This document shows, in pieces, positions 8,382 through 15,415 of a stretch of 38,592 bases of DNA. The stretch lies in NCBI GenBank assembly GCA_023245265.1, contig JAHFKQ010000002.1:1-38592 (forward strand). The letters run 5' to 3'. Each line of letters begins with the position of its first letter. Positions within the stretch are counted from its first letter, which is position 1. The position numbers and the translations under genes are program-made. The notes under the pieces were generated by a model. The model was not told the origin of the DNA. It worked only from the letters and a program-made list of their open reading frames with translations, and did not search any database. Source of the DNA: Candidatus Collierbacteria bacterium. Lineage in GTDB: Bacteria > Patescibacteriota > Microgenomatia > UBA1400 > MFAQ01.

Positions 8382-8657
8382 ATGATCTATTCGGAGATGA
8401 CAACTGAACAAGAAGACAAGTTACGGAAGATAAATATTGAAAACAATAAGTCTAGATTCGAAAGTCTCGGTAAAAAAGGTCAGGAAGCTTTTTATTTAAG
8501 TTTGTTGAAACCGGATCCCCATAATGGTAAGGCTTTACTGCCGGATCAAGCCCGAAAAATTACTGAGAAGTTCAAAAGTGGTGAGGCTGGGTCGGTTGAA
8601 GAAGCCTTAACTCTTCTCCAACAGGAAGAATTCGACGATCGCAACACACACCGCTAG
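8382..8657 (+). CDS. Hypothetical small soluble charged protein
   Basis: The ATG immediately follows the upstream TAA. 91 aa, hydrophilic. No family recognised. Confidence 0.45.
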   Translation: MIYSEMTTEQEDKLRKINIENNKSRFESLGKKGQEAFYLSLLKPDPHNGKALLPDQARKITEKFKSGEAGSVEEALTLLQQEEFDDRNTHR

Positions 8658-8660
8658 ACC

Positions 8661-9290
8661 TTACTTTCCTTTTCTCCAAGCCTCGATCTTTTTGTGATCT
8701 CCCGAAAGTAACACTTCCGGCACTTTCCAGCCGTTATATTCACTCGGCCTGGTGTACTGCGGGTACTCCATAGACATTTCTTCACTGTAGGACTCTTCCT
8801 TAAGAGATTCCGGGTTGCCTAGCACTCCCGGCATCAGCCGGCAAATACTATCGACGACTACCATTACCGGCAGTTCTCCACCACTGAGGACGAAAGGCCC
8901 TATACTGTAGATCTCGTCCGCCAGGTGTTCATGCACCCGGTGATCAATCCCTTCAAAATGGGGGGCGATAAAGATCAGGTGTTCCTCGGATTTCAATTTC
9001 TCGGCCACTTTCTGGTCGTACATTTTGCCCTTTGTATCCATCAATATTACTTTAGATCCCTCTTTCTTTAATTCCGCTAGCGCTCGGTCAATGACATCCA
9101 CTCTCATTACCATGCCGGCGCCACCGCCAAAGGGCCGACCATCCACACTCTTATAGTTATCATCACTCCAGTCACGCAGATTTCGGACATTGATGTGCAC
9201 TACCTCGGTACCCACCGCCCGGCCAATCATCGACGACTTAAAAACGCCCTCAAACATTTCCGGAAATATGGTCAAAATGTCGATTTTCAT
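8661..9290 (-). CDS. trmD: tRNA (guanine37-N1)-methyltransferase
   Basis: MKIDILTIFPEMFEG..., RPFGGGAGMVM, GRYEGID-like HFEGIDHRV, LSGGELPVMVVVD, GDHKKIEAWR. Classic TrmD motifs along the full length. Confidence 0.95.
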   Translation of the reverse strand: MKIDILTIFPEMFEGVFKSSMIGRAVGTEVVHINVRNLRDWSDDNYKSVDGRPFGGGAGMVMRVDVIDRALAELKKEGSKVILMDTKGKMYDQKVAEKLKSEEHLIFIAPHFEGIDHRVHEHLADEIYSIGPFVLSGGELPVMVVVDSICRLMPGVLGNPESLKEESYSEEMSMEYPQYTRPSEYNGWKVPEVLLSGDHKKIEAWRKGK

Positions 9291-9298
9291 ATATCCCT

Positions 9299-9304
9299 AT
9301 TATA
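9299..9304 (-). promoter_or_regulatory. -10 box TATAAT (minus strand), 8 nt upstream of trmD ATG (9290)
   Basis: The plus strand reads ATTATA at 9299-9304. It lies in the 51-nt divergent spacer. Confidence 0.45.
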
Positions 9305-9329
9305 GCCGTCACATCCGAGTTATCGGCAG

Positions 9330-9335
9330 TATAAT
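9330..9335 (+). promoter_or_regulatory. -10 box TATAAT, 6 nt upstream of ATG 9342
   Basis: Read directly in the same divergent spacer. Confidence 0.45.
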
Positions 9336-9341
9336 TGTCCT

Positions 9342-9593
9342 ATGAACAAAACCCAGGCTACTGATCCAAAAAACGAAGTAATCCAAGAAGAGTCATGCGA
9401 CTGCTGTTGCGAAGAATGCCAATGTGACTGTCAGGAATGTAAATGTGAGGGGGGAGACTGTGGTGAGGACTGTAAGTGCGAAGGCAAGTGCTGTGAAGAT
9501 AAGCAATGTTGCTCAGATGGCGAATGTGACGGTCAATGTACTGACTGTGACTGTGAAAAAGATGAAGCGGTTGAAAAAGAATCCGAAGAATAA
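9342..9593 (+). CDS. Cysteine-rich acidic small protein, metallothionein-like (20 Cys in 83 aa)
   Basis: Hand count: 20 C, 17 E, 11 D, 8 K, and no F/W/Y/H. The core (aa 19-71, nt 9396-9554) consists of CxC, CC and CxxC motifs. ATG start with a -10 box 6 nt upstream; the stop lies 2 nt before the next gene. No signal peptide. Confidence 0.6.
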   Translation: MNKTQATDPKNEVIQEESCDCCCEECQCDCQECKCEGGDCGEDCKCEGKCCEDKQCCSDGECDGQCTDCDCEKDEAVEKESEE

Positions 9594-9595
9594 GC

Positions 9596-10777
9596 ATGAA
9601 AAAACTACCGGTCGCCGTCATCGTCATTCCCACTTTCAATGAAGCCGGTCATACTGCCAAGATGATCGACTATCTCTTTAAAAAAACTTTTCCTAAAATT
9701 ACCAGTTGGCGTTGTATTTTACTTTATGTCGATGGTCACTCTCCCGATGGTACTTGGAAAATTATTCAGGACAAACAGAAACAATATCCAAATCTAGATC
9801 TACTCATCGAAACTAAAAAAGAAGGCATTGGTGCGGCTTATGTCAAAGGTTTTAGGCAGGCTATGTCCAAACATCACGCCGATGTCATTATTGAGTTTGA
9901 TAGTGATTTCCAGCACCCTCCGGCCGCTTTACCGGTCATGCTAAAAGCCATTGAGGATGGATATGACTATGTTTTAGGTTCTCGTAAAATCAAAGGTGGG
10001 AGCAACCCCAAGGGGTGGGGCTTTAAACGACTGTTCTTTAGTGAAGTTGGGGGTTTTATCGCCCGTTTTGTTCTTTTTTTTCCAACCCGGTACTTTTTCC
10101 GTGTCACCGATCCAACTACTGGCTTAAAGGCTACTCGAGTTAAGGGTTTTGTCGACACCATGGATATGGATCATCTCTATTCCCGAAGTTTCGGCTACAA
10201 ACTTGAGTTTTTATATAAAACTATTCAGTTAGGGGCCAAAATCAAAGAAATTCCATTACAGTTCGGTCTCAGAGCAACCGGCGAGTCCAAGATTGAGCCC
10301 CAAACTGCCAAAGATATTTTTCGCTCCGTCTTTTTGTTACGCTACACCGACGCCACCACTCAAAAATTTATCAAGTTCGGTACCATCGGTTTATTTGGTT
10401 TTGTCATCAATAAAGTTGGTTTGGATATTTTTGCCAAGCTTCTCAGTAACCTAATCGGTGTCGTTGGCGTCAGAAACACTGTGGCCAATGCCTTAGCGGC
10501 AGAGTTCTCCATCATCAGTAATTTTATTCTGAACAATCTTTGGACTTTCAAAAACGAAAAGTTAGTTTGGGGGGCGAAGTTGATTCGAAAATTTACCACC
10601 TTCAATCTTAGCTCGGTTGTCTCCGGTATCATTCTCCCTAGTCTCGTCATCGGTCTAGGAACCGAATTTTTTGGTGATGCTTACCGCACTCATTTCCTCA
10701 TTCTCGCTGTCTTCTTCATCACCGTCCCTCTCAACTGGTTCATCTACAACCTCGTGATTTGGAAGAAAAAAGTCTAA
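9596..10777 (+). CDS. Polyprenyl-phosphate sugar synthase (Dpm1/GtrB-like GT2) fused to a C-terminal GtrA-like 4-TM domain
   Basis: N-terminal part: VIVIPTFNEAG..., VDGHSPDGT, GIGAAYVKGF, EFDSDFQHPP (DxD), GSR. C-terminal ~130 aa: FIKFGTIGLFGFVINKVGL...AAEFSIISNFILNNLWTF, typical of the GtrA family. Confidence 0.8.
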   Translation: MKKLPVAVIVIPTFNEAGHTAKMIDYLFKKTFPKITSWRCILLYVDGHSPDGTWKIIQDKQKQYPNLDLLIETKKEGIGAAYVKGFRQAMSKHHADVIIEFDSDFQHPPAALPVMLKAIEDGYDYVLGSRKIKGGSNPKGWGFKRLFFSEVGGFIARFVLFFPTRYFFRVTDPTTGLKATRVKGFVDTMDMDHLYSRSFGYKLEFLYKTIQLGAKIKEIPLQFGLRATGESKIEPQTAKDIFRSVFLLRYTDATTQKFIKFGTIGLFGFVINKVGLDIFAKLLSNLIGVVGVRNTVANALAAEFSIISNFILNNLWTFKNEKLVWGAKLIRKFTTFNLSSVVSGIILPSLVIGLGTEFFGDAYRTHFLILAVFFITVPLNWFIYNLVIWKKKV

Positions 10778-11889
10778 AGGTAAGGAGCCCAGTCAGCTAT
10801 TGGAGCCGTATTGTTTAGGAGGAATGTCCAAGAATAGAGAAGGATCGGAATCATCAGGAGGGCCGCCACGATCTTAAATTCTTTTTTCTGAATCAGCTTA
10901 TCCCACCCAATTAATACCAAAGGAGCGATTGGTAATATATAGCGACTAATATCCCGGTGAGCCACAAAGAGTGTAGAGAGGAAAAAGAGACCGGCGAAGT
11001 AGTACTCAATGGTGAGTTTCTTGTCCCGTAACTTCATCACCCCGGTGCCAAAAATCAGCCAGGTATAAATGACATCTTCCAGCCAGAAACTGCCCACCCA
11101 GGTTTGTCCTTTGGGAGCAAAAACACTAAAAGGTGGCCAAAAAAGGTGGATGTTATCGCCACTATGGAAGTAAGCCCAAAAGTCGCCGGTGCGCACTCCA
11201 TAGAACCAAAACAAGAGTGGTATGGCCAAAAGCTGAAGGAGTAACGGCCAGTATTTTAATTGCAGCTTCTTGGTTTTTATCGATTCCGTCAAGGCAAAGA
11301 TTCCGTAAGCCGCGAAAAGGATAATGGCCGGACTTTTGGTTAGCTGAGCCAGAGCCGCCAGTGCTCCGGACAGCCAAAAGTTTTCTTTGCGAAAGTAGTA
11401 GAGACTGGCCAGAATAAAAAAGATAAACCAAGGCTCCGGCGAGCCGACGGCCCGGACCGCCACAAACCGCGCCGGCAAAAGTAGAAATGTCAGACAGAGC
11501 CAGAAAACATTTTTACTGAGCTTAAACTCTTGCGCATATTTATAAAGCATCAGGAAACACAGCACACTGCCCAAAAGAGTGGCCAGGAGCATGGCTGTTG
11601 GTCCTTTGAGAACAGTATCAAAAATAGATATTATGGCCGGATAAAGAGGAAAATGTGCGGGATAATACTCGGTCGGCAAAGGGGCCGAGAAGGCAGTTTT
11701 AATTTGTTCTTTGTTGTACCAAGTTTTGGCTACTATCAAATAATTGGGTCCGTCAAAATTCTGCCAAAGGGTCTTGGTTCCTCCGGAAAAGTCCATGTTC
11801 CAGCCGGGTAGGTTTATTTTGGCCGCAAATGGCGCCCAGACCAGTAAGGAAAATAAAATCACCAAAATCGTTAAGTACGCTCGTTTCAT
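10774..11889 (-). CDS. Polytopic membrane glycosyltransferase-like protein (GT-C-like, PIG-V/DUF2029-type)
   Basis: About 10 hydrophobic helices. First loop: WQNFDGPNYLIVAKTWY, resembling the W..WD..WY motif of PIG-V-type mannosyltransferases. Its stop overlaps the convergent upstream gene's stop (10774-10777). Confidence 0.5.
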   Translation of the reverse strand: MKRAYLTILVILFSLLVWAPFAAKINLPGWNMDFSGGTKTLWQNFDGPNYLIVAKTWYNKEQIKTAFSAPLPTEYYPAHFPLYPAIISIFDTVLKGPTAMLLATLLGSVLCFLMLYKYAQEFKLSKNVFWLCLTFLLLPARFVAVRAVGSPEPWFIFFILASLYYFRKENFWLSGALAALAQLTKSPAIILFAAYGIFALTESIKTKKLQLKYWPLLLQLLAIPLLFWFYGVRTGDFWAYFHSGDNIHLFWPPFSVFAPKGQTWVGSFWLEDVIYTWLIFGTGVMKLRDKKLTIEYYFAGLFFLSTLFVAHRDISRYILPIAPLVLIGWDKLIQKKEFKIVAALLMIPILLYSWTFLLNNTAPIADWAPYL

Positions 11890-11898
11890 CTAGACTCT

Positions 11899-11908
11899 AG
11901 TATATACT
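11899..11908. promoter_or_regulatory. Palindromic bidirectional -10 element AGTATATACT
   Basis: Perfect 10-nt palindrome in a 26-nt divergent spacer. It holds TATACT on the plus strand (11903-11908, 7 nt before ATG 11916) and TATACT on the minus strand (11904-11899, 9 nt before ATG 11889). Confidence 0.45.
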
Positions 11909-11915
11909 TGTGAGT

Positions 11916-12626
11916 ATGGCGCGACAAATAGAAAAATTGTCAGTTTTCCTGCCGGCTTATAACGAAGAAGCCAGTATCGTCAAAACTGTCAAGAATGTGA
12001 CGGAAAATTTAATTAAAAATGTGCCCGTGTGGGAACTCATTGTCGTCAATGATGGATCCAAAGATAAAACCGGGGCCATTGTCGACAAGCTGGTTGCCAA
12101 AGACAAAAGAATTAGTGTTATCCATCATAATCCTAACCGCGGTTATGGTGGCGCTCTTAAAAGCGGCCTTTATGCTTGTCAATATCCCTGGATTGCCTTC
12201 ATCGACTCCGATGGTCAGTTTGATTTCTCCGAAATAAATCGTTTTCTTGAAGCTCAAGAAAAAACCGGTGCCGATCTGGTCATCGGCTATTACTTAGGTC
12301 GCAAAGTTTCTCTGATCCGCAAATTAAACACTTTCGTCTGGCAGGTTATTGTTAAGCTCCTATTCGGACTTTCGGTTCGGGATATTGATTGTGGTTTCAA
12401 ATTAATCTCCAAGAAAGTCCGGGATAGTATCGAGCCTTTGCAGAGTGAAAGAGGCGCTTTTATTAGTAGTGAGTTTTTGATCAAAGCCAAAAAGAAAGGT
12501 TTTAAGATTGTTGAGATCGGCGTCAGTCATTATCCCCGCGAAAAAGGGGAGGGGACCGGTGCCAATTTGGATGTGATTGTTCAGAGTTTTGTAGATCTTT
12601 TTAAGCTCTGGTATAAACTAAAATGA
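11916..12626 (+). CDS. Polyprenyl-phosphate sugar synthase (Dpm1/GtrB/DPG-synthase-like GT2)
   Basis: LSVFLPAYNEE, VVNDGSKDKT, NRGYGGALKSG, FIDSDGQF, DIDCGFKL. The track start is GTG 11910; ATG 11916 is preferred because of the -10 spacing. Confidence 0.8.
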   Translation: MARQIEKLSVFLPAYNEEASIVKTVKNVTENLIKNVPVWELIVVNDGSKDKTGAIVDKLVAKDKRISVIHHNPNRGYGGALKSGLYACQYPWIAFIDSDGQFDFSEINRFLEAQEKTGADLVIGYYLGRKVSLIRKLNTFVWQVIVKLLFGLSVRDIDCGFKLISKKVRDSIEPLQSERGAFISSEFLIKAKKKGFKIVEIGVSHYPREKGEGTGANLDVIVQSFVDLFKLWYKLK

Positions 12627-14104
12627 TCAATTTTTTCAAAAAGAACAAACTTGAGTCAGTTCTCCTCATTTTAATTTTATTACTCGCCCTTGGTCTCCGT
12701 ACTTATCGTATCGGCGAGTTTATGACCTTCTTGGGAGATGAAGGTCGTGATGTTCGTATCGTCCGAGACCTGGTTACCAAAGGGAACCTGGTCTTTATTG
12801 GGCCTCAGACCAGCATCGGCAATATGTACCTCGGACCTCTCTACTACTATATGATGGCTCCGGCCCTCCTTCTTTCCGGCCTGAACCCCGTCGGACCGGC
12901 GGTTATGATCGCTCTCTTAGGCACTCTCACCGTTTGGCTAACCTGGTTTGTAGGTCGTCGCTGGTTTGGTCCGGCCGCCGGTCTGGTAGCCGCTTTACTT
13001 TATGCCGTTTCACCGGTCGCCATTATTTATGCCCGGGCTTCTTGGAACCCCAACCCCATGCCTTTTTTTGCTCTTCTTTGCATTTGGGGCATCTATGAGG
13101 TCTGGCAGTCTAAGAAATATTTCTGGTTGCCTATTGTAGGAGTTTCTTATGCTTTTGCTTTGCAGATGCATTATTTGGGACTCTTGTTGATTCCGGTTCT
13201 GGGACTTTTTTGGTTACTCTCTTTTTTGCCCATCAAAAAGGAACCTAAAGCCAAATCAATTTTTATCAAACAAACCCTCATTGCTCTCGGTTTGTTCTTG
13301 ATGTTGATGTCACCTTTGGTCCTTTTTGATATCAAGCATCAGGGGATGAACTTTAATGCCTTCAAGGCTTTTTTTACCGATCGTCAAACTACGGTCAATT
13401 TGAATCCGGTCCGTTCGGACCGTTTTCTGCCCATTATCCTAATGACCGTCTCGGATCTGGTTCTGGCCCGTCAAACTTTATTTGCCCCTTTGGCCGCTAC
13501 TCTTCTCCTGTTACTGTCGGTACTTCTCTATCTCAAATCTACTCGCCGGGCTTCGATGCAACTTCTTTTTGTTTGGCTGGGTTTTGCTATCTTGGGGCTG
13601 AGCGTTTACAAGCAGCATGTTTACATCCACTACCTGGGCTTTATTTATCCGGCCGTTTATCTCTTACTGGGATTGCTACTTGGCTACCTTTTAAATCAAA
13701 AATTTTTCCTCAAGATTATCGCCGGTCTAATCGTGATCTTTTTGGTAGGGTACAGTTTATTTTTTAGCCCTGTTAGAGAGACTCCCAACCGCCAACTCCA
13801 GCGGACTGAAGCCGCGGTCGACCTGATTGTCAAAGAGGCAAAGGGTCAACCTTTCAATTTTGGTCTAATCGCCAAGCAAAACTACGATGAATCTTACCGC
13901 TTCTTTTTGGAAAATAAAAAAGCCAATCTGGTTCGGGGGGAGGAAAAGGTCGTCGACCAACTCTTTGTCATTTGCGAAGATGGGGACAAGTGTCAACCTG
14001 AGGGCAACCCCGCTTGGCAAATTGCGGTTTTTGGACCTTCACATGTGGTTGAATCGTGGAATATCGATTATCTAAAAATCTATCGTTTAGTTCACACCAA
14101 ATGA
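12623..14104 (+). CDS. GT-C polytopic membrane glycosyltransferase (ArnT/PMT_2-like), paralog family A member 1
   Basis: ATGA overlap with the upstream GT2. About 12 TM. First-loop motif FLGDEGRD...FIGPQTSIGNMYLGPLYYY and second motif ASWNPNP. C-terminal soluble domain. Confidence 0.65.
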   Translation: MINFFKKNKLESVLLILILLLALGLRTYRIGEFMTFLGDEGRDVRIVRDLVTKGNLVFIGPQTSIGNMYLGPLYYYMMAPALLLSGLNPVGPAVMIALLGTLTVWLTWFVGRRWFGPAAGLVAALLYAVSPVAIIYARASWNPNPMPFFALLCIWGIYEVWQSKKYFWLPIVGVSYAFALQMHYLGLLLIPVLGLFWLLSFLPIKKEPKAKSIFIKQTLIALGLFLMLMSPLVLFDIKHQGMNFNAFKAFFTDRQTTVNLNPVRSDRFLPIILMTVSDLVLARQTLFAPLAATLLLLLSVLLYLKSTRRASMQLLFVWLGFAILGLSVYKQHVYIHYLGFIYPAVYLLLGLLLGYLLNQKFFLKIIAGLIVIFLVGYSLFFSPVRETPNRQLQRTEAAVDLIVKEAKGQPFNFGLIAKQNYDESYRFFLENKKANLVRGEEKVVDQLFVICEDGDKCQPEGNPAWQIAVFGPSHVVESWNIDYLKIYRLVHTK

Positions 14105-14646
14105 GTTCCACTGCCCCTTTATCTCCTCTCATTTGGCTTGATCTGGAATTTACCGATCTTGATGTAAAACAAGGTGTCATCGTCGAAATCGCGACCGTCG
14201 TCACCGACGGCCATCTCCAAATTTTAGGCACCGGGCCGGACCTGGTCATTCATCAGCCGGAGCCGATTCTCCGCAAAATGGTCAAATGGAATCAAGAACA
14301 TTTTACTGAGTCCGGACTGCTCACCGAAATTCGTCAATCTCAAATCACTGTCGAAGAAGCGGAAACGCAAACTTTGGACTTTCTTAAAAAATTTTGTGCA
14401 CCACACACGGCCCTCTTGGCAGGCTCCTCTATCTATATGGACCGGGAATTTTTACGGGTTTACATGCCCCGTCTATATGATTTCGTGCATTACCGGATTG
14501 TCGACACCAACACCTTGAAAGAATTGATGCATCGTTGGTATCCCAGTATCCCGGACTATCCCAAGGTTGAACCCCACCGGGCCCAGGCCGACATTCTGGA
14601 GTCTATTGATGAGTTAAAATATTATCAGACCAATCTTTTTAAGTAG
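14101..14646 (+). CDS. orn: Oligoribonuclease (DEDDh 3'-5' exoribonuclease)
   Basis: LIWLDLEFTDLD...IVEIATVVTD (Exo I), SIYMDREFL, HRAQADILESIDELKYY (Exo III with His). ATG 14101 forms an ATGA overlap with the upstream stop and is preferred over the track start at 14056. Confidence 0.9.
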   Translation: MSSTAPLSPLIWLDLEFTDLDVKQGVIVEIATVVTDGHLQILGTGPDLVIHQPEPILRKMVKWNQEHFTESGLLTEIRQSQITVEEAETQTLDFLKKFCAPHTALLAGSSIYMDREFLRVYMPRLYDFVHYRIVDTNTLKELMHRWYPSIPDYPKVEPHRAQADILESIDELKYYQTNLFK

Positions 14647-14656
14647 GTCAACACTC

Positions 14657-15415
14657 ATGAAACCGAAGCTTTCGATCGTTCTCAGTAACTATAACGAACA
14701 CGCTAATCTCGAAAGGGGAGTCTTGGAGCAAATGGCCACCTATCTTCGTCAAGCCAAATTTACCTGGGAAGTCATCATTAATGACGATGGTTCCACTGAT
14801 GGAGGGGACAAACTAATCGCCGACTTTGCCAAAAAACACCCCGGCTTTTCCTTGATTCATGGAAATCACGGAGGTAAAGCCGTCGGAATTTGGAATGCTA
14901 TTCAGGTGGCTTCCGGGGAAATCGTTTTGTATACGGATATGGATCAGTCCACTCCTTTGAATGAAATTGAAAAATTACTCCCTTGGTTTGATAAGGGCTT
15001 CGACGTGGTCTTCGGTTCCCGGGGTAAAATGCGCAAAAATTTCCCTTTTTCCCGTCAGCTTGCTTCTTGGGCTTTTCGTTCGATCCGTGGTTTTATGTTG
15101 CTTCATAATGTGGTTGATACTCAGTGCGGTTTCAAAGCCATGAAACTGGCGGTGGCTAAGAATATCTTTCCTTCTTTATCGGTTATCACCAAAAAGGCGA
15201 CCACTAAAGGTTGGACCGTTTCCGCTTTTGATGTCGAACTACTTTTCTTAGCCGAAAAGTTTGGTTATAAATTAAAGGAGGTCGATGTGACTTGGAAAGA
15301 TGAAGACACTTCTAGCAGTAAGCAAAGAGGCTTTATCTCGGAATCCATCGACATGCTTATGCAAATTATTCAAGTTAAGATTAACGACCTAACCAGCAAA
15401 TATGACCAAAAATAA
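14657..15415 (+). CDS. Polyprenyl-phosphate glucosyl/glycosyl synthase (ALG5/DPG-synthase-like GT2)
   Basis: LSIVLSNYNE, INDDGSTDG, TDMDQSTP (DxD), VFGSRG, DTQCGFKAMK. Confidence 0.8.
   Translation: MKPKLSIVLSNYNEHANLERGVLEQMATYLRQAKFTWEVIINDDGSTDGGDKLIADFAKKHPGFSLIHGNHGGKAVGIWNAIQVASGEIVLYTDMDQSTPLNEIEKLLPWFDKGFDVVFGSRGKMRKNFPFSRQLASWAFRSIRGFMLLHNVVDTQCGFKAMKLAVAKNIFPSLSVITKKATTKGWTVSAFDVELLFLAEKFGYKLKEVDVTWKDEDTSSSKQRGFISESIDMLMQIIQVKINDLTSKYDQK

Noticed and set aside
7584-9593. A possible TOMM/RiPP cluster, pairing the SagB-type dehydrogenase with the nearby Cys-rich 83-aa product as a thiazole-forming precursor peptide.
   Set aside because: No YcaO/cyclodehydratase, docking protein, leader peptidase or exporter is present in the window. 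The two genes are separated by an unrelated small ORF and by trmD on the opposite strand. The Cys-rich protein is very acidic and lacks any recognisable leader/core boundary. A metallothionein-like function explains it better.
9358-9642. Alternative reading frames across the Cys-rich gene: 9424-9642 (+), a V/T/N-rich product, and 9358-9639 (-).
   Set aside because: Both would overlap the downstream GT2-GtrA gene by about 45 nt and lack a promoter or start context. Their repetitive composition is the expected frame-shifted echo of the TG(T/C)-GA(N) repeats. Frame choice still deserves a conservation test, so I set confidence at 0.6 only.
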